From the NCBI GenBank assembly GCA_038087875.1, contig CM075978.1, positions 60,016,001 through 60,080,000 of the forward strand: a DNA stretch of 64,000 bases, read 5' to 3'. Below, piece by piece: positions 1 through 9,925 of the stretch. Source of the DNA: Malacoraja senta. Taxonomy: Eukaryota. Within the stretch, counting starts at the first letter, position 1. Each line of letters starts with the position of its first letter. Position numbers and translations under genes: made by a program. The notes beneath the pieces were generated by a model. That model searched no databases, was not told where the DNA came from, and was given only the letters and a program-made list of their open reading frames with translations.

Positions 1-247
1 TTCTATACCTTTTGCCTGATGGGAGAGGGGAGAAGAGGGAGTGGCCAGGGTGAGACTCGACCTTGATTATGCTGCTGGCCTTGCCGAGGCAGCGTGAGTC
101 ATAAATGGAGTCAATGAAAGGGAGGTTGGTTTGTGTGATGGTCTGGGCTGTGCCGCAATTCTCAGCAATTTCTTGTGGCCTTGGATGGAGCTGTTCCCAA
201 ACCAAGCTGTGATGCATCCTGATAAAATGCTTTCTTTGGTGCATTTT
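1..247 (-). mobile_element. Rex1/Babar-type LINE 3' fragment
   Basis: Reverse translation ESILSGCITAWFGN...HPGHSLFSPLPSGKRY parallels the C-terminus of the Rex1-type ORF at 39684-40871. Confidence 0.75.
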
Positions 248-919
248 ATCATTTGACCAAAGTCAAATTGTGAAAAGAAAAGGGCACAGAGTAGCAGCTG
301 AGAAAGGATCGTGCATATTGCAGAATGACTCACATTCCTCTGTACCCAGCAGTGCTGCTCATGCCTATGGAAGAGATTATTAACAAGAATCAAAGATCAC
401 AGAATAAAAAGCTGTGCCACAAGCTGGCAACTCTCTGGTAGAGAACCAGACAACATAACATAAGAGAATAGGAGCACGACTAGCTACTCGGCTCCTCAGC
501 CTGCTCCTGCCCTTCAATATGATCTTGGATGATCTCTGCAAGATGATCTTGAGATCAAGAGATCTCTTGAATGATCTCCCAGGCCTCTTGCCCCTTCTGT
601 GCCAGTTCTTGATTCCTCAATCCTACCTCGAGAAATATATCAATGATCCAGCCTCCATGATCCTGTGGAGTGGTGGGGTGAGGGAAATTCACCACCCTCT
701 TGAGAAGATGTTCCTACTCACCTCAGGGTAAAATCTCTGCCAATCATGTAACTATGTGCCATCATTCAAGATACTTCCAGTAAAAGAAACGTCGGGACAT
801 TTACCCTGTTATGGCCCCCCAGGAACATGGAGGAGGGGAGAGGGGGGATTGCCACTTGGGTGGTGTAAGTGGCAAAGGTGAGATGTCAGGGTGTCTGATA
901 AGCAAAACAAAGGAGTGAA

Positions 920-1352
920 ATGTAAACCCCATATTCCTCCCTCCAGCTTTACATTTCACTCCGCCTCTTCTTTCTCGATCTGACACCCTTTTGTCTCCTT
1001 TTCACCTCTAGCCTTTGTTACTTACTCCATCTGTCTGCCAATAAACCCCTCCTCACCTGTAGGATGGAACTGCAGTTGCTGCTTGAAACCGAAGATAGAC
1101 ACCAAATGCTGGAGTAACTCAGCGGGTCAGGCAGCATCTCTAGAGAAAAGGAATAGATGACATTTCGAGTCGAAACCCTTCTTCAGACCTCCTCACCTGT
1201 ATCCACCTATCACTTGTCAAGCTTTGTCCCACTCCCACCTTTTCTTCCCTCTTCCTTCCATCAGTCTGAAGAAGGGTCTCAAGCCCAAAACTCATCTGTC
1301 CATTTCCCCCACAGATGCTGCCTGACCTGCTGAGTTCCTCCAGCAGATTTTC
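920..1352. mobile_element. Penelope-like terminal-repeat fragments (inverted pair)
   Basis: Two opposite-orientation copies of the ...GCTGGAGTAACTCAGCGGG...CAGCATCT... repeat, each with a degenerate CTGAAGA...GAAAC motif. The same repeat terminates the Penelope ORF at 28333-29420. Confidence 0.65.
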
Positions 1353-1412
1353 TTTAACATAGTAAAAGTAGTACGTGATTGAACGTAGATGGACTCCATA
1401 ATATAAAATGCT

Positions 1413-1551
1413 TCTTCTTCTTGCGTATGGCGTGCACAGCCTAAAGTTGTAAGACAACTTGTTCTATTTGATCTTATTAGGTTGTGCACGACAGGTTGAT
1501 TGCATTCGTCGAAACAGGGTGGACCACGTGAAGGTTGCAATCTTCCACCCC
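1413..1551 (-). mobile_element. ~140-nt ribozyme-headed short retroposon, copy 1
   Basis: 12-bp TSD ATATAAAATGCT (1401-1412 / 1552-1563), (AAG)n 3' tail, and a homologous copy at 22953-23090. Confidence 0.85.
1498..1551 (-). ncRNA. Minimal HDV-like self-cleaving ribozyme (54 nt)
   Basis: GGGGUGG(P1)-AA-GAUUGCA(P2)-ACC(P3)-UUCACGU(L3)-GGU(P3')-CCACCCU(P1')-G-UUUCGA(reduced P4)-C-GAA-UGCAAUC(P2'). All pairings checked by eye. Confidence 0.85.
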
Positions 1552-2461
1552 ATATAAAATGCTCACGTACAGACATACAGTGGGTGGACATTAACGTAAC
1601 GTATTCACATCAGCACGCTCTTTTATACAAATGGAAGATCGCCACACTTGAATAGAATATACACTTGACAAAGGTCATACATTTGGCCATAAACATACTT
1701 TGATGGCCAATGACTATGCACTGGGGTGGCTGCACAGTCATGCCTGCAACTTGTTGTTACTTCATTTGGCCCAGCAGTAAACTATGGCCTTACCACATGC
1801 CTGAATAATGTAGTGATGATGGATTCCATTTTAAACGTCTCTTCACCCTCAACCCCGTTGGCCAGGAGGAGGTTGGGGGAAATGGGCTGTGCCACGGTTA
1901 GTTGAGTTGATTCTCCACAACCTCACCTACCTCCGGTGCTGTATGTGTCGAATTTACATGCTTTTCCTGTGACTGTCAATGGTTCCTTCTGTTGGGTTAT
2001 GTCCGCGCCCGGGTGGTACTTGAGAGGGACTATGCACTGTCCACGGGCACCCTGGTGGATTTCTGGGACCACTGGGCACCGCAGGAAGGTGGAATGTTTC
2101 CTTGACAAGGATTCTGATATGGTTGTTTAATATTCAGTATTTAAGAATATTTGTTTTACTTGTATTATGGTGGTGGGTTTATTGGTATTGTTTTAAGGTC
2201 ATAAGTAATAGGAGCAGAATTAGGCCATTCGGCGCATCAAGACTACTCTGCTATTCAATCATGGCTGATCTATCTCTCCCTCCAAACCTCTTCTCCCCAT
2301 AACTACTGACACCCATACTGATCAAGTGGGTGACGTTTCGGGCCAGAGCCCTTCCACTTTATAGACAAAGCTCCACATTGTGTCTATCCATATTTTCCTC
2401 CCAAGCAGTGCTTTCCTGGGAATATTTTACTGTTGTTCATTATATTGTTCATAATATTGTA

Positions 2462-2903
2462 AATCCAATCACCGTCTCTAACTTTTCATAGGGATGGATT
2501 CAGTGAGTGTAGACTGAACTCCCCTCCACCCCCCTCTTCCACCCTCCTCTCCCCTCCCCCACTTCTTCCCTTCCCCCCTCTTCCTCCCTGCTCCACTCTT
2601 CCCCATTCCCCCCACTTTCTCCGACGCCCCCCATTTGTGGACCCAGCCTGTGACAGCTAGATCCCACTAATAGTACTGCACAAAGGCCACATCATCTGTT
2701 TTAGTAACATTGATTATGGCATGAATGCAGACTTTGTGAACAACAGGGGGGAAGTGAAGAAGGGGGGAGAGGGGAGGGGAGAAGGGTGGGGGGGTGGAGA
2801 AGGAGGGATGGGGTGGGAGGGGGGAAGAAGGGGGTGGAGAGGAGAGTGGAGCTCAGTCTACACTCACTGAATCCATCCCTGTGAAAAGTTAGAGATTGGA
2901 TCG
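2462..2903. repeat. Foldback element with ~45-bp inverted arms and complementary C-rich/G-rich tracts
   Basis: CTCTAACTTTTCATAGGGATGGATTCAGTGAGTGTAGACTGAACTC (~2475-2520) is inverted at ~2849-2895. A pyrimidine tract (~2521-2631) faces a purine tract (~2746-2848). Confidence 0.7.
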
Positions 2904-3144
2904 GGAAGCGGACCAATACATCTGTAAATAAAACTGAACGACTCAGACATCTTTTCATTTGGACAATTGATTTTATTGTATTAATTTTAATATATTAATG
3001 TTTAAAAACCGTGCATTGAAGGAATTTTTTCTTTTCAACCCACTCTGTCACCTTATCAATAACTTGCTTAACTTTGTTAAGCAGAATTTGTCTTTAAAAA
3101 GTCTAAGTAACTGATATTTCTGTCCCTGATTATTGTTTCTAAAA

Positions 3145-3555
3145 AGAGTTCCCACGGTAGAATCACGAGTCACAAAGTTAAACGCACGGGCCACTACGTT
3201 CTTACAACGAGTTTAAATGTTTCAATTTTTAACCTCAAGAGTACATTTTACTCGTGGAAAAGTTCAAACATGTTTGAACTTTTGCAAGAGTTAACAAGTT
3301 TCACGGGTACCTGCCGTTAGCGCCAAGAGTCGCTAAGTTGCGTCCACGAGTTCCGACGTTCCCGCTACGTTAATTGTACGTGATTACCACGAGTTAAATT
3401 TGTTTTAAACTCGGGGTCACTCCTGGGTCAACTCGCACAGTGAGACAGCCCTTTAACCCGACGTCACCCGCAGGTGAGCATATGTCAGCGTGTATGTCGT
3501 ATAACTTGACGGTTTTGCGGGCGTCAGTCACTGACGCTCGCAGTCGCCAAAAAAA
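3145..3555. mobile_element. PIF/Harbinger-type MITE remnants
   Basis: CpG-rich and partly palindromic. The terminus ...AGTGAGACAGCCCTTTAA resembles the TIR of the element at 31273-31788. Confidence 0.5.
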
Positions 3556-4007
3556 TCACAAATTTGGAAACCAAGAAGAGAATGCAGCCCGTGTTCAGTC
3601 CAATATCTGCTCACAAGCAGCAGTACAGACACTGCTATAACACCATTCCACGAGGCAACAGTATGTTTGCAATTACCCAGTGTTGAGGAATAAACATGTG
3701 GAAGCAAAGTAATGCACAACACAAATAAGTCCAAGCACAATCCAACTCCGGATTGTTCTTGGCAAATTCACAAAACCTTACGAGGATAATTTTACTCAGC
3801 AGCTGCACGATCACATGAGTTCTGGAAACAACCCAACTGGGAGTAGTTGTCATGTGTATGAAGGAACTACAGATGCTGGTTTAAACCGAAGACAGACACA
3901 AAAATCTGGATACATACATAGATACATAGAAAATAGGTGCAGGAGTAGGCCATTCGGCCCTTCGAGCCTGCACCGCCATTCAATACGATCATGGCTGATC
4001 ATCCAAC

Positions 4008-7000
4008 TCAGTATCCCGTACCTGCCTTCTCTCCATACCCCCTGACCCCTTTAGCCACAAGGGCCACATCTAATTCCCTCTTAAATATAGCCAATGAACT
4101 GGCCTCAACTACCCTCTGTGGCAGAGAGTTCCAGAGATTCACCACTCTCTGTGTGAAAAAGTTTTTCCTCATCTCGGTCTTAAAGGATTTCCCCCTTATC
4201 CTTAAGCTGTGACCCCTTGTCCTGGACTTCCCCAACATCGGGAACAATCTTCCTGCATCTAGCCTGTCCAACCCCATAAGAATTTTGTACGTTTCTATAA
4301 GATCCCCTCTCAATCTCCTAAATTCTAGCGAGTATAAGCCAAGTCTATCCAGTCTTTCTTCATATGAAAGTCCTGACATCCCAGGAATCAGTCTGGTGAA
4401 CCTTCTCTGCACTCCCTCTATGGCTATAATGTCCTTCCTCAGATTTGGAGACCAAAACTGTACGCAATACTCCAGGTGTGGTCTCACCAAGACCCTGTAC
4501 AACTGCAGTAGAACCTCCCTGCTCCTATACTCAAATCCTCTTGCTATGAAGGCCAACATACCATTCGCTTTCTTCACTGCCTGCTGCACCTGCATGCCTA
4601 CTTTCAATGACTGGTGTACCATGACACCCAGGTCTCGCTGCATCTCCCCATTTCCTAATCGGCCACCATTTAGATAATAGTCTGCCTTCCCGTTTTTGCT
4701 ACCAAAGTGGATAACCTCACATTTATCCACATTATACTGCATCTGCCAAACATTTGCCCACTCACCCAACCTATCCAAGTCACCTTGCAGTCTCCTAGCA
4801 TCCTCCTCACAGCTAACACTGCCCCCCAGCTTAGTGTCATCCGCAAACTTGGAGATGTTGCTTTCAATTCCCTCGTCCAGATCATTAATATAAATTGTAA
4901 ATAGCTGGGGTCCCAGCACTGAGCCTTGCGGTACCCCACTAGTCACTGGCTGCCATTGTGAAAAGGACCCGTTTACTCCTACTCTTTGCTTCCTGTTTGC
5001 CAGCCAGTTCTCTATCCACATCAATACTGAACCCCCAATACCGTGTGATTTAAGTTTGTATCCTAATCTCTTATGTGGTACCTTGTCGAAAGCCTTCTGA
5101 AAGTCCAGATACAACACATCCACTGGTTCTCCCCTATCCACTCTACTAGTTACATCCTCGAAAAATTCTATAAGATTCGTCAGACACGATTTACCTTTCG
5201 TAAATCCATGCTGACTTTGTCCAATGATTTCACCACTTTCCAAATGTGCTGCTATCCCATCTTTAATAACTGACTCTAGCAGTTTCCCCACTACCGATGT
5301 TAGACTAACTGGTCTGTAATTCCCCGTTTTCTCTCTCCCTCCCTTCTTAAAAAGTGGGGTTACGTTTGCTACCCTCCAATCCTCAGGAACTACTCCAGAA
5401 TCTAAAGAGTTTTGAAAAATTATCACTAATGCATCCACTATTTCTGGAGCTACTTCCTTAAGTACTCTGGGATGCAGCCTATCTGGCCCTGGTGATTTAT
5501 CGGCCTTTAATCCATTCAATTTACCCAACACCACTTCCCGACTAACCTGGATTTCACTCAGTTCCTCCATCTCCTTTGACCCGCGGCCCCCTGCTATTGC
5601 CGGCAGATTATTTATGTCTTCCTTAGTGAAGACGGAACCAAAGTAGTTATTCAATTGGTCTGCCATATCCTTGTTCCCCATGATCAATTCACCTGTTTCT
5701 GACCGCAAGGGACCTACATTTGATTTAACTAATCTCTTTCTCTTCACATATCTATACAAACTTTTGCAGTCAGTTTTTATGTTCCCTGCCAGTTTCCTTT
5801 CATAATCTATTTTCCCTTTCCTAATTAAGCCCTTTGTCCTCCTCTGCTGGTCTCTGAATTTCTCCCAGTCCTCTGGTATGCTGCTTTTTCTGGCTAATTT
5901 GTACGCATCATCTTTTGCTTTGATACTATCCCTGATTTCCCTTGTTATCCACGGATGCACTACCTTCCTTGATTTATTCTTTTGCCAAACTGGGATGAAC
6001 AATTTTTGTAGTTCATCCATGCAGTCTTTAAATGCCTTCCATTGCATATCCACCGTCAACCCTTTTAGAACTAATTGCCAGTCAATCTTGGCCAATTCAC
6101 GTCTCATACCCTCAAAGTTACCTTTCTTTAAGTTCAGAACCGTTGTTTCTGAATTAACAATGTCACTCTCCATCCTAATGAAGAACTCAACCATATTATG
6201 ATCACTCTTGCCCAAGGGGGCACGCACAACAAGTCTGCTAACTAACCCTTCCTCATTACTCAATACCCAGTCTAGAATAGCCTGCTCTCTCGTTGGTTCC
6301 TCTACATGTTGGTTTAGATAACTATCCCTCATACATTCCAAGAAATCCTCTTCCTCAGCACCCCTGCCAATTTGATTCACCCAATCTATATGTAGATTGA
6401 AGTCACCCATTATAACTGTTTTGCCTTTGTTGCACGCATTTCTAATTTCCTGTTTGATGCCATCCCCAACTTCACTACTACTGCTAGGTGGCCTGTACAC
6501 AACACCCACCAGCGTTTTCTGCCCCTTAGTGTTTCGCAGCTCTACCCATACCGATTCCACATCCTCCAAGCTAATGTCCTTCCTTTCCACTGCGTTAATC
6601 TCCTCTCTAACCAGCAACGCTACCCCACCTCCTTTTCCTTTCTCTCTATCCCTCCTGAATATTGAATATCCCTGGATGTTCAGCTCCCAGCCTTGGTCAC
6701 CTTGGAGCCATGTCTCCGTGGTCCCAACTATATCATAATCATTAATTGCTATCTGCACGTTCAACTCATCCACCTTATTACGAATGCTCCTTGCATTGAG
6801 ACACAAAGCCTTCAGGCTTGTTTTTACAACGCTCTTACCCCTTATACAATTATGTTGAAAAGTGGCTCTTTTTGATTTTTGCCCTGGATTTGTCTGCCTG
6901 CCACTTTTACCTTTCACCTTGCTACCTATTGCTTCTGCCCGCATTTTACACCCCTCTGTTTCTCTGCTCACCCATTTAAGAACCCCACCACCTCTTATTC

Positions 7001-7133
7001 TCTGTTTATTATTGTTTTCTTCTTTCCCCCCTACATGTTGGGTCTGAGTGCTTTCCCTCTCTGCCTCCTGCCTCACACACTGTCTAATAGCATTCTCTAT
7101 TTGAGTCCCTCCCCCCAACCATTCTAGTTTAAA
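4008..7133 (-). CDS. CR1 ORF2: APE endonuclease + reverse transcriptase
   Basis: Motifs LNARSIRNK, ETWL, GDFN, SDHN (endonuclease) and YLDFQKAFDKV, GVPQGSVLGP, FADD (RT), with no internal stops. The true start is uncertain (frameshift site at 7133 or Met near 6944). Confidence 0.93.
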   Translation of the reverse strand, partial: FKLEWLGGGTQIENAIRQCVRQEAERESTQTQHVGGKEENNNKQRIRGGGVLKWVSRETEGCKMRAEAIGSKVKGKSGRQTNPGQKSKRATFQHNCIRGKSVVKTSLKALCLNARSIRNKVDELNVQIAINDYDIVGTTETWLQGDQGWELNIQGYSIFRRDREKGKGGGVALLVREEINAVERKDISLEDVESVWVELRNTKGQKTLVGVVYRPPSSSSEVGDGIKQEIRNACNKGKTVIMGDFNLHIDWVNQIGRGAEEEDFLECMRDSYLNQHVEEPTREQAILDWVLSNEEGLVSRLVVRAPLGKSDHNMVEFFIRMESDIVNSETTVLNLKKGNFEGMRRELAKIDWQLVLKGLTVDMQWKAFKDCMDELQKLFIPVWQKNKSRKVVHPWITREIRDSIKAKDDAYKLARKSSIPEDWEKFRDQQRRTKGLIRKGKIDYERKLAGNIKTDCKSLYRYVKRKRLVKSNVGPLRSETGELIMGNKDMADQLNNYFGSVFTKEDINNLPAIAGGRGSKEMEELSEIQVSREVVLGKLNGLKADKSPGPDRLHPRVLKEVAPEIVDALVIIFQNSLDSGVVPEDWRVANVTPLFKKGGREKTGNYRPVSLTSVVGKLLESVIKDGIAAHLESGEIIGQSQHGFTKGKSCLTNLIEFFEDVTSRVDRGEPVDVLYLDFQKAFDKVPHKRLGYKLKSHGIGGSVLMWIENWLANRKQRVGVNGSFSQWQPVTSGVPQGSVLGPQLFTIYINDLDEGIESNISKFADDTKLGGSVSCEEDARRLQGDLDRLGEWANVWQMQYNVDKCEVIHFGSKNGKADYYLNGGRLGNGEMQRDLGVMVHQSLKVGMQVQQAVKKANGMLAFIARGFEYRSREVLLQLYRVLVRPHLEYCVQFWSPNLRKDIIAIEGVQRRFTRLIPGMSGLSYEERLDRLGLYSLEFRRLRGDLIETYKILMGLDRLDAGRLFPMLGKSRTRGHSLRIRGKSFKTEMRKNFFTQRVVNLWNSLPQRVVEASSLAIFKRELDVALVAKGVRGYGEKAGTGY

Positions 7134-7960
7134 GTCTCCCCAGTAGCCTTTGCAGATCTCCCCGCCAGGATATCGGTCCCCCTCAGGTTCAAGTGCAACC
7201 CATCCTTTTTGTACAGGTCGAACCTTCCACAAAAGAGGTCCCAATGATCCAGAAATTTGAATCCCTGCCTTCTGCACCAGTCCTTCAGCCACGTATTTAT
7301 CCTCCACCTCGCTCCATTCCTACTCTCACTGTCGCGTGGTACAGGCAGTAATCCCGAGATTGTTACCTTTGCTGTCCTTCTCTTTAACTCCCCTCCTAAC
7401 TCCCTAAATTCTCCTTTCAGGACCTCTTCTCTTTTTTTACCTATGTCATTGGTACCTATATGTATCACGACCTCGGGCTCCTCTCCCTGCCCTTTCAGGA
7501 TGTCTTGGACACGTTGAGACACATCACAGACCCTGGCACCAGGGAGGCAAACTACCATCCGGGTCTCCCGACTGCGTCCACAGAATCGCCTGTCTGACCC
7601 CCTAACTATAGAGTCCCCTATTAATATTGCCCTCCTCTTCTTTTCCTTACCCTTCTGAGCAACAGGACCGGTCTCTATACCGGAGGCCCGGCCGCTGTCG
7701 CTACCCCCAGGTAGGCTGCCCACCCCAACAGTGCTCAAACAGGAGTACTTATTGTCAAGGTGTACAGCCACCGGAGTACTCTCTAGTCCCTGCCTGTGCC
7801 CCTTGCCTCTCCCAACCGTGATCCACTTGCCTGCCTCCTGTGGTGTTGGAGTGACCACATCCCTGTAACTCCTCTCAATGACTTCCTCGCTCTCCCTGAC
7901 CAGACGGAGGTCATCGAGCTGCTGCTCCAGGTTCCTAATACGGTCCATTAGGAGCCCCAT
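7124..7960 (-). CDS. CR1 ORF1 C-terminal part: coiled coil + SGNH/GDSL esterase
   Basis: IGDSIVR (block I), CLPGA, HIGTNDI (block III), DGLHLN (block V). The N-terminus is lost by truncation. Confidence 0.9.
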   Translation of the reverse strand: MGLLMDRIRNLEQQLDDLRLVRESEEVIERSYRDVVTPTPQEAGKWITVGRGKGHRQGLESTPVAVHLDNKYSCLSTVGVGSLPGGSDSGRASGIETGPVAQKGKEKKRRAILIGDSIVRGSDRRFCGRSRETRMVVCLPGARVCDVSQRVQDILKGQGEEPEVVIHIGTNDIGKKREEVLKGEFRELGGELKRRTAKVTISGLLPVPRDSESRNGARWRINTWLKDWCRRQGFKFLDHWDLFCGRFDLYKKDGLHLNLRGTDILAGRSAKATGETLN

Positions 7961-8576
7961 CTCGATACACCTGGCGCAGATGTGGACGTCTGGGGGGGGG
8001 GGGGGGGGGATGAACTCAGCGGGACAGGCAGCATCTCTGGAGAGAAGGAATGGGTGATGTTTCGGGTCGAGACCCTTCTTCAGATCTATGACTTCAACTT
8101 AAGGACAGTCTGCGATGAAAGATCAATTGTGGGGTAGTACTGCCCCCTGGAGGTCATTGAAATGCTACACAATGGCGTGCAAAACCTGCAGATTTTTCCA
8201 GCACAAAGTCCACGGCAAGGTTAGGTAATGCATTCTGCTAATCTGGTCATTCGTGTTATTCTGAAAATTCATCTTGGGGCTTTAACGAGTGAAATGGCTT
8301 TGCTAACATGAACCATTTTCCTCATTGCATTGGCAATAGCAATGCATTATTTCAGGTGTTTATAAAATCAGGTCTGGTTGCTCAAATGCGTAACTGTGAC
8401 TGGGCACCCACACCTCAAACATATTTTCATAATGCTTCCTACACCACCATTATGTGATTTATAAAGCATCTTCTAATCTAACCTAATCTAACACTTTCTA
8501 ATCGAAGATGCAAGCAGCTGCAGAAGGTGGTGTAAATTGCCTATTCTTTCTGAAAACTGGTCCTATTCTTCCAGCT

Positions 8577-8790
8577 CCAGAGACCCGGGTTCGATCCCGA
8601 CTAAGGGTGCTGTCTGTACAGAGTTTGTACGTTCTCCCCGTGACCTGCGTGGGTTTTCCCCGGGAGCTCCGGTCCCCCCCCCCCCCCTAGGGTAGGGTAG
8701 TGTTAATGCGCGGGGATCGCTGGTCGGTGCCGACTCGGTGGGCCGAAGGGCCTTTTTCCGCACTGTATCGGTAAACTCAAAATTAAAATC
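8577..8790 (+). mobile_element. HE1-like tRNA-derived V-SINE (partial)
   Basis: B-box GGTTCGATCCC, conserved body GTTTGTACGTTCTCCCCGTGAC, and CR1-like tail GGGCCGAAGGGCCT. Confidence 0.8.
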
Positions 8791-9389
8791 CTCTCTCTAG
8801 CAGCTTGCTGTTGACGGCAGCGTTAAACTGGTCATTGACGATCTGGGCCAGAGGGAGAGGGACGCCTACTCCTTTGCTCTCTGCAGAAGTGATGAGGCGT
8901 GCGGATGTAAACATGGAAAATAGGTGCAGGAGTAGGCCATTCGGCCCTTCGAGCCAGCACCACCATTCAATATGATCATTGGTTGATCATCCAGAATCAG
9001 AACCCTGTTCCTGCTTTCTCCCCATATCTCTTGATTCCGTTAGCAATAAGAACTATATCTAACTCTCTCTTGAATACAGCTCTCTCTTGAATACTAGCAC
9101 TGTGGCCTCTCCCAAAGTACAGATCGAGCTCTTGCTCCATCTCAGAACCTTGCCTGAATCACAATCTGATTCACTGACCCAACATCACCATAGTCAACAG
9201 CAGGTGTGAGGAGCTCTCAGAACTCTCCCCTTCATAGACTGCTCTTCTTGTGTATTTGAGGCACGCCGCTGTCCTGAAGGATAGGCTTTTCAGGGAGAAG
9301 GGCTACATCCCCGGTTCTTTGACTTCTTCACATTTTTCAACTAAAGCACCTGTGGGACCACAAGAAGCTGGGCCGAGACCACCATCGTT

Positions 9390-9925
9390 AGTGTAGTTTA
9401 TTATTGTCATGTGTACTAAGTTACAGTGAAAAGGTTTTTGATGTGTGCTATCCAGTCAGCGAAAAGACTATTCATGAATATAATCAAGCCGTCCACAGAC
9501 ACAGGATAAAGGGTATAAAATTTAGTGCAAGATAAAGTCCATTACGTGCGTTTGAAGATAGTTTGAAGGTCTCCAATGAGGTAGATGGGAGGACAGGACT
9601 GCTCTCTAGCTGGTGAGAGGACAGTTCAGTTGCCTGATAACATCTGGGGAAAAACTCTTCCTGAATCTGGAGGTGTGTTTTCAAATTTCGATACCTCTTG
9701 CCTCACGGGAGAGGGGAGAAGAGGGAGTGACTAAGGTGAGTCTGGTCCTTGATTATGCTGCTGGTCTTGCCGAGACAGTGTGATGTGCAGATGGAGTCAA
9801 TGGATGGGAGGTTGTTTTGTGTGATGGTCTGGGCTGCGTCCACTACTCTCTACAATTTCTTGCAGTCTTGGATGGGGCAGTTCCCAAACTAAGCTGTGAT
9901 GCATCCTGATAAAAGGCTTTCTACG
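9390..9925 (-). mobile_element. Rex1/Babar-type LINE 3' fragment
   Basis: Same sequence as 1-247, plus the 3' tail ...CATGACAATAATAAACTA. Confidence 0.75.

Larger units (their letters stand above)
3908..7992 (-). mobile_element. CR1 LINE, young, 5'-truncated within ORF1
   Basis: Intact ORF2, esterase ORF1, and a CR1 3' end with a (CTATGTAT)-type microsatellite tail. Inserted into a Penelope-derived repeat (3861-3910 resumes at ~8012). Confidence 0.95.
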
